DNA of 63,873 bases, filler included, from Octopus bimaculoides (Eukaryota), in NCBI RefSeq assembly GCF_001194135.2. It is 4 parts of 2 records of this genome, joined end to end, with 100 filler letters (N's around TTAATTAATTAA, not from the genome) between each part and the next. Parts side by side here need not be neighbours in the genome. Positions count along the whole stretch, not along the records: positions 1 to 31,273 come from NC_068987.1; 3 more parts are not named here. One strand, 5' to 3'. The translations under genes were made by a program, and so were the position numbers. A model generated the notes under the pieces. It searched no databases, was not told the origin of the DNA, and worked only from the letters and a program-made list of their open reading frames with translations. The first letter of the stretch is position 1. Each line of letters starts with the position of its first letter. This document shows, piece after piece, positions 13,285 to 25,053 of this stretch.

Positions 13285-13435
13285 TTTCTCTCCTTGTTTC
13301 TTTCTGTGTTCCTTTCTGTGGAAGAGCGTGGGCTCGAAACGTTAAAGACTTTTTCAATTCCCAAGCGTTATACTAATACATCTGATTGTTTTTTACACCA
13401 CCTGTCTTCGTCTGTTGTTTTTTGTGAATTCTCCC
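13285..13435 (+). mobile_element. Short repeat resembling a Penelope-like terminal repeat, carrying a hammerhead-like motif
   Basis: Contains GAAGAGCGTGGGCTCGAAACGTTAAAGAC; related sequence appears in the opposite orientation at 63570-63873. Confidence 0.5.
13312..13347 (+). ncRNA. Degenerate minimal type I hammerhead-ribozyme-like motif
   Basis: CTTT-[CTGTGGA]-A-GAGC(GTGG)GCTC-GAAA-CGTT-AAAG: stem I CTTT/AAAG, perfect 4-bp stem II, palindromic stem III (AACGTT). Core has A6 to U and one extra A. Confidence 0.5.
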
Positions 13436-13472
<37 letters not shown>

Positions 13473-13633
13473 TACGTATAACAATAAAAAAATTAGACCT
13501 GTATATCGTTCGAGAGAGCAGATTATGTTAAATAATTGACACAAATAGAAGCCATATTCGGGTCTGAGATTTTGTGCAATAATAGAGTGAACGCTGCACT
13601 TCGTCACCTTTTGCGAACTTAATGCATGCTTAC

Positions 13634-13706
13634 TGCAAATAAGAGTTGGTCACCGAATTTCTGATTGATCAAGGGGAACAACTGCACAGAATATGGTCGC
13701 AAGGAT
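13634..13706 (-). CDS. Candidate internal exon (SLRPYSVQLFPLINQKFGDQLLFA)
   Basis: Acceptor CTTTTCTTTTGCTAG and donor GTAAGC; 73 nt, phase 2 to 0; only one open frame. Confidence 0.5.
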
Positions 13707-14268
13707 CTAGCAAAAGAAAAGCTGCCACGTTTAAAGGAATCGGTAAGATTGAAATAAAGTATAACGCGATTAAAGGAAAATATAATAAATAAATAAATGA
13801 TTCAACGTATTGCATAATTAGGAGTTCACCGACAATGATTCCCCTCGTATTAAGAATGCAGTGAACATGCATTAGACTCGCGAAAGCTGATTAGGTGAAG
13901 CGTTCAGTTGTTGTACAGAAAATCGGAGTGCCGAATGTATGTGTTCCAAATCTGTGTCATTCCAAGTGTGTGTGTGTGTGTGTGTGTGCATGCGTGCATG
14001 GGTATGTGTGAGAGAGAGAGAGAGAGAGAGGGAGAGAGAGTATGTGTAAGTATGTATGTATCGATTTTTATATTATATATGTAATATATATATGTATGTA
14101 TATATATATATATATATATGCATATATATATGTATTATATATGCATATATATGCATTCTATATGAAGATATATATATACGTACACTCATATATAATTGTA
14201 CATGCGTATATATATATAATATACATATATATATATGTATATATAGGCATATATATCTATATACATAG

Positions 14269-14326
<58 letters not shown>

Positions 14327-15157
14327 CTATATATGCACACACATATACAACAACGTGCATAGATACTCAGGTAGGAGACCCAGGAGCATTCCTCTCCACT
14401 TGTAAGTATATATATATATATATATATATACATGCATGCATACATGTATGTATGTATACCTGTATATTTATAAAGTGTAAAGTGGAATGCTGTATGTCTC
14501 CTCCTCTATTTATAAAGTTGATTAACTCATCATTCTTTCTTTCTCTTTCTTTTTTTTATCTCTCTTTTTCTCTTCCTTGTTTTTCCCTATTGTAATTCCG
14601 TGACTAATTAGCGTTTGGACGGCAAACTTGTTACTCAATTAACTATATAATAGTAGTACTATCAGCATTACTTACTGATGATGCCGAACAAGTAGCAGCA
14701 TAGGCGCATCTAGTAGTAGTAGTAGTAGTAGTAGTGGTAGTTGTAGTAGTAGTTGCTGTAGTAGTAGTAGTGGTTGTAGTGGTAGTAGTGGTGGTAGTGG
14801 TTGTGGTGGCAGGAGGAAGGACAGCAGCACTAGTAGTAGTAGGAGGAGGAGGTAGAGGGGCAAGAGGAGCAGGAGGAGAAGACTCTGGCTAATGAGAGGT
14901 GAAGAGGGTTGGATATATATGTGTGTACGCGTGCGTGCATGTATATGCACATTCAGACACACAGAGACACACATATATACATATTTCACACGCACACACA
15001 TGCATCGTTAGATACACGCCTGTGTATACTCATATTCATCTATTTTTCTATTACATCACTATCTCTTCTCTGTCTCTCCCTCAGTTTCTCTCTTTCTTTT
15101 TCTCACACGATATATCTTTATATGTATCTAGTTGCATGCACACATACACACACACAA

Positions 15158-15208
<51 letters not shown>

Positions 15209-15387
15209 TATCTGCATGCGTATATCTATAGCAAGTGAGGGTGAGAAAGTGTGACACAGATAGGCAAGAATCTGTAACATGATAGATTGTATATATATAT
15301 ATAGAGAGAGAGAGAACAAGAGAAAATGAGCATTCGAGGGAGTGGGGAGAGGAGAGAGTGGATATCGTGTGGTGGGGAGAGTGTGAT

Positions 15388-15768
15388 AGGCGCAGAAGTG
15401 TCACTGTGGTAAGTAGCTTGCTTATCAACCACATGGTATCGGGTTCTGTCCCACTACGTGGCACCTTGGGCAAGTGTCTTCTATAGAAGACCAAAGCCTT
15501 GTGAGTGGATCTGGTAGACGGAAACTGAAAGAAGCCCGTCGTATATATGTATATATATATACATGTGTGTGTGTATGTTCATGTGTGCCCCCACCACATC
15601 ACTTGACAACCGATGCTGGTGCATTTACGTCCCCGCAACTAAAGAGACTGATGGAATAAGTAGTAGGCTTACAAATAATAAGTCCTGGGGTCGATTTGTT
15701 CGACTAAAGGCGGTGCTCCAGCACGGCCGCATTCAAAATGACTGAAACAAGTAAAAGAATAAAAGAAA
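15388..15768 (+). mobile_element. SINE family A, full length
   Basis: tRNA-like head TGTGGTAAGTAGCTTGCTT...GGGTTCTGTCCCACT, CCTTGGGCAAGTGTCTT, internal (TA)/(TG) run, tail ...GACTGAAACAAGTAAAAGAATAAAAGA. Confidence 0.9.
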
Positions 15769-15885
15769 CTATATATATATATTGCATTGTTATCCTTTAT
15801 CCATTTCTAACAAAACTGTCCGATGAACGGGAACGTGAAACTCAGAGTAACGGTTTTTTGTTATATTTCTGCTGCTTTTAAAAAA

Positions 15886-15918
<33 letters not shown>

Positions 15919-15927
15919 TTGTGTGTT

Positions 15928-15961
<34 letters not shown>

Positions 15962-16049
15962 TTTATATACATATACACATATATATGTATACATACACAT
16001 ACATGTATACACACATATCCATATATGTATATATGCATACATGTTCACC

Positions 16050-16810
16050 GTGTTCGAGAAAAACAGCGTCATGACGCAAATACACTGCCAGAAATTTCAA
16101 AATGACATTCTGTGTTGGAAGCCCCAATACGAAGCTTTTAGAGAGTTTGGGTGTCATTATGAGGACAGTGCTTGTCCCCAAGACATGAACCGAGAGTGAT
16201 AAAAATCAAACATCCAGTCAACATCATGGTGTTTTGAGTGATCACTAATGATGGCGACGTTATGCTTCAATTCATCTGCCCACACGGCCTCGCACTCCAC
16301 AAGGAGGCTTACATCAAGTGCCTGGAAGAGATAGTGCTGCTCTGAGTGAAGCGAATGGATGCTGCAACACCCTGTGTCTGGCAACAGGACTTTGCCCCAT
16401 GCCACACAAGCAGGAGAACCCAGTCGTGGCTGACAAACAATTTCTGCGACCACATCACCCCGTAACGTCTGGCCACCTATCTCCCCAGATTGCACCCCCC
16501 TTGATTATTATGTGTGGGGCGCAGTTGAGAGAGAGATCAACAAAACTCTTTGTAACATCAAAGATGAAGTGAAGACAAGGATTATGGCAGCATTCACTAA
16601 CTTAAGCAAGGAGATTGTCCAGAAGCGTTGCAGGAGATTCCGAAGTCGTCTGGAGGCCGTGGTTGAAGCCAATGGTGATTTTATTGAATAAATTCACTCT
16701 TTAGTATTTCAAGATAATTTTAGGTAATTTTGGTAAATATATCTGTTAAAATGAGATGTCCGTGTTATTTTCATTTTTGTGAAATTTAGACTACAGTTTA
16801 TTCACCGCAA
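16050..16810 (+). pseudogene. Decayed maT-family (DD37D) Tc1/mariner transposase, 3' half
   Basis: IMVF*VITNDGDVM...VWQQDFAPCHTSRRTQSWL...WPP.SPDC.PLDYYVWGAVERE...RFRSRLEAVVEANGDFIE*. The second and third catalytic D are 37 residues apart after frameshift repair; in-frame stops present. Confidence 0.85.
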
Positions 16811-16811
16811 C

Positions 16812-16844
<33 letters not shown>

Positions 16845-17465
16845 TGTGTGTCTGTGTCTGTATTATGTGTATGTATATATGCTTGTATATATATATATAT
16901 ATATATGTATGTGTATATGTATATATGTATGTATATATGTATATATATATTTGTATGTATATATGTATATAAATATGTATATATATATATATATATATGC
17001 ATCATATATGTATAGATATTAGATGTACACACACACGCAAGATGACATCGTTTTGGTTGTCGCTGTTCAAAGGTGCATATAACAATTTATTACATGTATT
17101 TATATATATATATAGAGAGAGGGAAGGAACGAGAAAGGAATGAGAAAGAAAGAGAAAGGAGAGAGAAGGAAAGAGAAAGGAGAGAGAGAGAGAGAGAGAG
17201 TGGGAGAGAGAAAGTTATACACATGTTCACACACATGCACACAATACACGCAATTGATTCTCTGTATGAATCTAAGTAAATAGAGAGAAAGCAAGAGAGA
17301 GAGAGAGAGAGAGAGAGTGAGATAAGTGGCGATATTTAGTCATATGAATATAAACGGATAAGAAAAGGAGAGTAAGTAAGAAGGGAGCAGAGGAAGGAGT
17401 GCGGGTGGGAGAGACGAGGGGAAAGACGACAGTATTGTAATAAGATGAATATTTTCACTAAACTA

Positions 17466-17575
17466 AGGTGGCATGGAACATTAACATGTCCATATGGAGT
17501 TGTAATGAAAATGTCAAATTATAGATCACCTGAAGCTGGGTTCGGTCCCGGTTGGGGCCGTCAGAATAATTAAGT
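17466..17575 (-). CDS. Candidate exon; strand and frame ambiguous (minus: LNYSDGPNRDRTQLQVIYNLTFSLQLHMDMLMFHATL; plus: WHGTLTCPYGVVMKMSNYRSPEAGFGPGWGRQNN*)
   Basis: Unique, higher-GC island between repeats with open frames and plausible splice sites on both strands. Confidence 0.25.
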
Positions 17576-17630
17576 CTGACTTTTAAATAAATACACTGAC
17601 TAGCGTTGATGTAAATACTAATATACACGC

Positions 17631-17685
<55 letters not shown>

Positions 17686-18171
17686 NNNNNNNNNNNNNNN
17701 NNNNNNNNNNNNNNNNNNNNNNNNNNNNNNNNNNNNNNNNNNNNNNNNNNNNNNNNNNNNNNNNNNNNNNNNNNNNNNNNNNNNNNNNNNNNNNNNNNNN
17801 NNNNNNNNNNNNNNNNNNNNNNNNNNNNNNNNNNNNNNNNNNNNNNNNNNNNNNNNNNNNNNNNNNNNNNNNNNNNNNNNNNNNNNNNNNNNNNNNNNNN
17901 NNNNNNNNNNNNNNNNNNNNNNNNNNNNNNNNNNNNNNNNNNNNNNNNNNNNNNNNNNNNNNNNNNNNNNNNNNNNNNNNNNNNNNNNNNNNNNNNNNNN
18001 NNNNNNNNNNNNNNNNNNNNNNNNNNNNNNNNNNNNNNNNNNNNNNNNNNNNNNNNNNNNNNNNNNNNNNNNNNNNNNNNNNNNNNNNNNNNNNNNNNNN
18101 NNNNNNNNNNNNNNNNNNNNNNNNNNNNNNNNNNNNNNNNNNNNNNNNNNNNNNNNNNNNNNNNNNNNNNN

Positions 18172-18231
<60 letters not shown>

Positions 18232-18974
18232 TTATTTATTTATATTATATCGCAGAAGCAAAAATACACAAATTTCGTTAAAGTAAACCAATTCAGCAAG
18301 AAACGAATCTTAATAATATTAATGGTTGATTGTTGGTTTATTGAGAACTGCAGAGAAAGCAAGAAGACAGAAACGAAACAACACTAACATCGACAAAGGT
18401 GACGGTATCGACGGTGACAGCAACGGCTATAACAACAACAATAACGACAACATCAACAACTACAACAACACTGTAGTAATAACAGTAAAAAAACAATTTA
18501 AATACTTGTCGTAAAATCAACGAGAACAGTAATATACAAACAAATGTTGATGAGTCTAACGTCAACCATTACATCGTTACAACATCAACAGTAACAACAA
18601 GAAGAACAGCTATAAAATCTAGACTAGCGACACCAACATCAACACGACGACTGAGGCATGGCGAACAGCAATGAGTTACATCACTAATTATATCAATATT
18701 GAGCAATGGAAACTTGAACAACAGGAAGAATAATATTGAAAACATGAACGAGTGAAGAGTAATATTAAAAACGACCTCAAATGGTAGAATTAATAAGGAG
18801 AATGTCATCAGAAGAAACATTTATAACAACGGAAATGTAACTAATCAAATAGTGTAAAGTTTTTTATGCTTCAAGAGAACAATCGTTTGGAAGAATAGTA
18901 ATAAAATATCGATTTTATTGACCCTCGTGTATGACTGGTATGTGTTGTACTATCGTCGTCTTTACACTAGGTCG

Positions 18975-19250
18975 TTTTACGACGACGTGGGTTCCAGTTG
19001 ATCCGATCGACGGAACAGACTGCTCGTGAAATTAACGTGCAAGTGGCTGAGCACTCCACAGACACGTGTATCCTTAACGTAGTTCTCGGGGAGATTCAGC
19101 GTGACACATGGTGTGACAAGGTTGGCTCCTTTGAAATACGGGTACAACAGAAACAGGAAGAAAGAGTGAGAGAAAGTTGTGGTGAAAGAGTACACTTGCC
19201 CAAGGTGCAACGCAGTGTGACTGAACCCGGAACCATGTGCTTGGTGCCTA
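18975..19250 (-). mobile_element. SINE with family-A head and family-C 3' body
   Basis: CACTTGCCCAAGGTGCAACGCAGTGTGACTGAACCCGGAACCATGTG (A head) is joined to ...GCAAGTGGCTGAGCACTCCACAGACACGTG (C body). Confidence 0.7.
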
Positions 19251-20129
19251 TTTATTTATTCATTTCTACAAAAGGATCTCTTTTTACTGCAAAACTAAGC
19301 GTCGGTTTCTTAAACACATTAATTTCACTCTACATTCATAACTCTTGGTTTTTTCCACACTGGATTTTTTTCTTTTTAGTAAAAATCCGTTGTCAACCTG
19401 GTAGAATTATGTAAACTGTTCCGTGATGGAAATTGTCATCAATTACATTGACCTCAGTATTTAACTGATACCATATTTTATCGATCCATCATTAGGGTGG
19501 AATTCAAAGTTGGTCTTGTTGGAATTTTGGACTCATAACATTAATAGATGCTGCAATTCTTCTAAACCGACTCCTGATAAATGATAAAAATAACAGTAAT
19601 ATATTTATTTAAAAATTATTAATGATATTCAAAATAATGATAAAAATAATCTTTTTTAATGACACTTTAATTTATTCATGTTGTTATCATTTTCTCTGCT
19701 TGTTATTAAAACTGTATGAAAATTCAATATGTATTTAAGAAGACTTGGACTAACGAAGAAGACTTACAACTTCTGTTGTATTTCGTCGTCAAATATCGAT
19801 CGTTAGGTCACGTGATTAAAACTAGCGAAAGAAAATGATTATTTTGATTATGTTGTAAATGTGAGGAGGATTTGAAAGAAACCAAAAAAAAAAAGAAACA
19901 AACAGTTCTTAAAATCAATATTCTTGTTGCAATTATCCACATGGCGTGGTGACAATTACAGAACAACGTTTCTGATAACACTGTGTCATCATCGAAGACT
20001 TTGCTTTTGAGTTGCTGTGTGCCTGTGTGTTGTATATTTGGTAATTGCGTCCAGTGGTTCTATAAAGATCTATACTCAAATGAAAGAATATTCCAGACCA
20101 GCTGTCTTCGAATAGTCATCCATGATTTG

Positions 20130-20250
20130 TAAGGCTGTGAGCTGGCAGAAACGTTAGCACGCCGGGCGAAATGCTCAGCGGTATTTCGTCTACCGTTATG
20201 TTCTGAGTTCAAATTCCTTGTTTGACCCCTCTATGTTTAGCCCCTGCTGC
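20130..20250 (+). mobile_element. SINE family B, internally deleted
   Basis: AAGGCTGTGAGCTGGCAGAAACGTTAGCACGCCGGGCGAAATGCTCAGCGGTATTTCGTC head. Confidence 0.8.
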
Positions 20251-20379
20251 ATCTTGTAATAAACGAATACTCGCTTTAATTGAATAATTGATTTATTTAT
20301 TTTAAATGTATTCGTAGTTAGCAACTACATATTGTAGCGAACGATATATAAATAGTTGATAAGGATATATATAGACTCA

Positions 20380-20595
20380 GTATGGTAAGAAGCTTGCTTT
20401 CCAGCCATGTTTTTGCGGGTTCAGTCCTACTGTGTTGCACCTTGGGCAAATGTCTTTTACAATAGATTCGATCCAACCAAAGACTTCTGTGTGTGTATGT
20501 GTTTTTGTCTGCCGTCACCGCTTGACAACCGGTGTAGGCGTTTACGTCTACGTAATTTTGCGATCCGGCCAAAGAGAACGATAAAATAAGTTCCA
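20380..20595 (+). mobile_element. SINE family A, partial
   Basis: TGGTAAGAAGCTTGCTT...CCTTGGGCAAATGTCTT...GCTTGACAACCGGTG. Confidence 0.75.
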
Positions 20596-20697
20596 GGTAA
20601 ATGATAAAAGATGAAAGATATATTTAACGCATATGTATCCATAGTGAATTAATAACGAGTCGTTACACGGTGTAGTTAACTAAGAAGCATAAGAATG

Positions 20698-21022
20698 GCG
20701 ACACTGGCATTCCGTCGGTTACGACAATGACTTTGATCGGATCAACGGAACAGCTTACTTGTGAGATTAACGCGCAAGTGGTTGAGCGCTCCACAGACAT
20801 GCGTAACTTTAATGTAGGTTTCATAAAGATTCAGCCTGATGCAGAATGTGAACAGACTGACCCTTTGAAGTTCAGGTAATGCTAATTTTTGCCAGCTCAA
20901 TGGATTGGAACAATGCGAAATAAAGTGTCTTTCTCAAGGATGCAATTTGCCGCCGGGAATCGAACTCACGACCTTATGATCGTGAGACGAATACCCCTAA
21001 CCACTAAGCCACGCGCCTTCAC
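20698..21022 (-). mobile_element. SINE family C, full length
   Basis: Reverse-complement head GGCGCGTGGCTTAGTGGTTAGG...GAGTTCGATTCCCGGCGG with A and B boxes; matches the 5637 copy. Confidence 0.85.
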
Positions 21023-21652
21023 ACTAACAGCTATGTCTACTTACATAAAATCATAAAGAGAGTTAGCTGTTACATATGGCACCTAACACATACACACACA
21101 CAGATAGTTAATTATTAAGTTATTAATAAATATTACAGTTCACTGTAATTAATACATACCATAATTAACTAAAGATTATGTAATGTAGTTAATTAGAGAA
21201 TACGTACTGTAGTTAACTAAAATGTAATGCAGTTAGCTAAATAATACATATTATTATATTTCACTAATTCATTGTGTACCATACTATAATCGTTCCTTCT
21301 GCAAGAACTCGCAGCTAATTCTCTCCCGAAAATTCCACACCGGCTCATCTCAAATTAGAATTCTTTCAGTGCAACGAAGACTAATTATCTTCTTTGATTT
21401 TCTTCCCAATTTAGAGACTAAATTATTCAACAGTCAGATTAAAGTATTAAGTTTCCATTTAAAATGAAACACCTGGAATATCTAAGGTACAGTTGACATA
21501 ATTAAGGTGATAGATCGTTCAAGATACAGTTCGATGTTTAAGGTAAAGAATTGTCGAAAATACAGGTAGTATCTTTAAAAAGGAACACCATCCTACTAGA
21601 AAACGGTATTGCAGAAGTTTCTCGAAAGACTTTTCTCAAAATGTGAATATTG

Positions 21653-21858
21653 GCGTAGGAGTGGCTGTGTGGTAAGTAGCTTGCTTATCAACCACATAGT
21701 TCCGGGTTCAGTCTCATTGCGTGGCATTTCGTCCGTCTTTATGTTCCGAATTCAAATTCTGCCGAGGTTGGCCTTGCTTTTTATCCTTTCAGGGTCGATA
21801 AATTAAGTACCAGTGAAACATTGGGATCGATATAATCGATTAGTCTCTTCCCTCCACA

Positions 21859-21870
<12 letters not shown>
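21653..21870 (+). mobile_element. Chimeric SINE: family-A head fused to family-B body
   Basis: GGCGTAGGAGTGGCTGTGTGGTAAGTAGC...TTGCGTGGCA joins directly to TTTCGTCCGTCTTTATGTTCCGAATTCAAATTCTGCCGAGG..., then an (ATT)n tail. Confidence 0.7.
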
Positions 21871-21903
<33 letters not shown>

Positions 21904-21904
21904 G

Positions 21905-22070
21905 TCGAGCTGGAAGAATCGTTATCACGCCGGATAAAATTTTTAGCGACTTTTTGTTCGTCTTCATATTTCTGAGTTCAAATGCTGCCTTTCTTCATTT
22001 ACCATTCACCCTTTCGGGATCGATAAAATAAGATCCAACTGAACATTGGGGGTCAATGTTCTTGCTGATG
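21905..22070 (+). mobile_element. SINE family B, decayed
   Basis: GAGCTGGAAGAATCGTTATCACGCCGG...CTGAGTTCAAAT...TTCGGGATCGATAAAATAAG. Confidence 0.7.
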
Positions 22071-22887
22071 TTGTACAAAAATTTGAAATCATTATTAGTA
22101 ATATCATCATTATTAGCATCATCAGCATCACCTACATCATCAACATCATTATCATCACTATAATTATTATTTCACCTCTCCTCTTACCCATCATCATAAA
22201 TCTCATCATAATTATCGACTTCATGAAAATCGAGTACACCACCACCACCACCATATTCATCATCATCATCGTCGTCATCATCACCATCATCATCAACCTC
22301 ATCACCTTCATTATCATCATCGTCTTTGTCATCATCATCATCATCATCATCGTCTTTGGCGTCATTATCAGCCCCATTAGACATTACTCTCTACAAATAG
22401 CGAAGTCATTAAAATGTTTCCTGTCAATTCTCTCGTACTCATCATAAGAACATTAGTACCATTGTTGTTGCTATTGTTCGTGTCTTCATTACTACCGTTG
22501 CTGCTCCTACTGCTGCCCCTACTGCTGCTGCTACTGTTGTTGTTGTTGCTGTGGCGGCTGCAACAGCATTTATTGTTGCAATTCTAAGTAAATCTATTTT
22601 TGTTCTTCATATTAGCGATATTGTTGCGAATTTATACTCGAAAAGATAATGCTGGCATGGTTGAACGGTTGACTGATTACTTCGCAATTATGTGGTTCCG
22701 CGTTCAATCCCAAACCGTGCGGTACCTTGGATTAGTATCTTCTGCAATAGCTTCGAGTTACATCTGTAGGACACACCACTTGTATGGAAACCAATCAGAT
22801 AGACTGTACCTGTAATTAAAGGTGGAGCCAGTCTTGCCATACGTAGGGTAATGGGACAAAGCTGGTTCTTGTGGCATTAAAAAAAAA

Positions 22888-22931
<44 letters not shown>

Positions 22932-23154
22932 AATGATGATGATGATGATAGGGAGTTTATATTTTAAAGTTTATATTTAAGATTATGATGACGATGAAAG
23001 GGAGGGTTTTGGCTATCATTTCATTGGCTCAAAATGTTAGTATGTCGAGGTGACATAAGCCTAAACCTCGTCATTGCGTAGATGTCTTATTTATTCAGCA
23101 CTGATCGTCATTTATTTCAATGTAAATTTACAACAGCACTTCATGCATATAGCG

Positions 23155-23335
23155 GTTTCAAATTTTGGCACAAGGCCAGCAATTTCGGAGAGCGGGTAAG
23201 TCGACTACATTGACAACGGTGGTTGACTGGTACTCATTTATCAACCTCGAAATAAGGAAAGGCAAATGATGAAAGGCGCCATTTGATCTCAAAAGCCGGA
23301 CGAAACGTCGCTAACCATTTTGCCACTTTGCCACC
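23155..23335 (-). mobile_element. SINE family B, decayed
   Basis: AAATTTTGGCACAAGGCCAGCAATTT...AAGTCGACTACATTGAC...GAAAGGCAAA. Confidence 0.65.
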
Positions 23336-23431
23336 TTATTTCATATAAATAATAAATGACGTAAGCAACAGCAACAAAAACAATAGCACAAACAATAACA
23401 ACAACAATAAAACACAATAACAATGACAAAC

Positions 23432-23725
23432 TGAGTGTCTCTAAGAATTGTGTTTAAGATGGAAGATCCTGAGGAATACTCAGCCCAATAAGGAGGAATT
23501 CCATGGATGTTGTCATTACCATCTTTTCTCTTATTGAAGACTAGGTCGGGGTTGAAGCTTCCAGTGTAATTATTGGGGTTCTGTTCTGGACAAAATGCAC
23601 CCAAGACAACATTAAATAATATGACTTTCAATTCTTTGCGCGAGAGCGATACATTTGAGGTCTGTTCTGTTAACTCATTAAGTGAGTATTTCCAGTTGAT
23701 GGAACAAGAATACTCCTCATCGAAG
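23432..23725 (-). CDS. Internal coding exon of the unidentified gene (FDEEYSCSINWKYSLNELTEQ...ELKVILFNVVLGAFCPEQNPNNYTGSFNPDLVF...HGIPPYWAEYSSGSSILNTILRDT)
   Basis: 97 uninterrupted complex codons; acceptor GTCCCTCAG; donor GTTTGT (an alternative GTAATG lies upstream); 294 nt, phase 2 to 2. Confidence 0.7.
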
Positions 23726-23814
23726 CTGAGGGACGATCGTATTAATTATCCCTTACGTTTACAACGAGAACGATTCGCAGAAGATACAGCGGAAGTGTGA
23801 AAAAAATATTGGTT

Positions 23815-24025
23815 TTTAATTTTGGTACAAGACCAGGAATTCCGGTGGAGGGGGCAAGTCGTTTACATCGAGCCCAATGCTTAGCTGGTACTTATTTTAT
23901 CGGCACCAAAAGGAATGAAAGGCAAAGTCAACCTATGTAGAATCTGAACTGAGAACGTAAAGACGGACAAAACGCCGTTAAGCTTTGGTCCGGCGAGCAA
24001 ACGACTCTCCCAGCTGGCCGCCTTG
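23815..24025 (-). mobile_element. SINE family B
   Basis: TTTTGGTACAAGACCAGG...GAATGAAAGGCAAAGTCAAC...CCCAGCTGGCCGCCTT. Confidence 0.8.
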
Positions 24026-24088
24026 AGTGTGTGAATAATATTGAAAGATGAGTGTAGATTTCCTTGGCAACTGTTTCTAGGGACTTAC

Positions 24089-24137
24089 TTTTCGGGACCA
24101 TCATTACGAAGCAGGCTTCTGTCGGCAATGACGTTTT
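24089..24137 (-). CDS. Candidate 49-nt exon (ENVIADRSLLRNDGPE)
   Basis: Consensus donor GTAAGT; phase 1 to 2 joins in frame to the 23725 exon (...DGPEN-FDEEY...); acceptor is weak. Confidence 0.45.
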
Positions 24138-24740
24138 CTTCAATATATGTTCAGTTGTGTTGCCGTAAATGAAATTAAGTCGCCATTATATTGCTGTCAG
24201 AAATACTGCTTGTGAATTCCAAAGCGAACGCCTTTTTGTTAAGATGGCACACAGCTATTTCGAGAAATCTCAACACAAATGGTAAAGCGCCAGTTCCATT
24301 TGGTCTTCATACTGTTTAAGAAAAAGAATTTGAAAACCAAAGGAAAAAGAAACGAAAAACAATAAATAGCAAAAAGAAGAATGATAAATAATAAAAAGAA
24401 GAAACACAAATGGATATATTAAAAAAAAATAGCTACGAAGAAAAAAAAAGTAAGAAAATATTATGAGAAGACAAGTGAAGATGAATGGAAGAAATTAAGA
24501 GAACATCTTGTGTGAGTGAATGTGTCGAGTGATTTAAAGAGAGAATATAGAGAAATTGTTAGACATGAAGTTGGGCCATGCATGGAGGAGGTTGTTACAA
24601 TAAATTTTTATATCAACCATTGATTTCACGTACGATTTATGCATAATTATATAACTTACTGTGATAATCCTTTTGTAAATGTGTCTTGCTTCCATCTTGC
24701 CTACTTACTTTCACTCAATTTCTCTCTCCCTCTCGCAATC

Positions 24741-24805
<65 letters not shown>

Positions 24806-25011
24806 TTCTCCCTCTTTCTTACATTCCTTCTCTAACGCTATTTTCTTTGTTTTTGTTTTTCTTATTTTTCACTACTTATTATCTTACTATCTCTTTACAT
24901 ACACACACACACATACACACACACACACACATAAATACATGCACATATGTACATATACATCCACATACATATACATACATATATGCATATATCTTATATA
25001 GACGTATACAT

Positions 25012-25053
<42 letters not shown>

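Noticed and set aside
19930-20075. Minus-strand open frames (NHWTQLPNIQ... / TTGRNYQIY...)
   Set aside because: Two frames are equally open; a possible exon, but not supportable from sequence alone.
23573-23800. Plus-strand 75-aa ORF
   Set aside because: Antisense shadow of the longer minus-strand exon.
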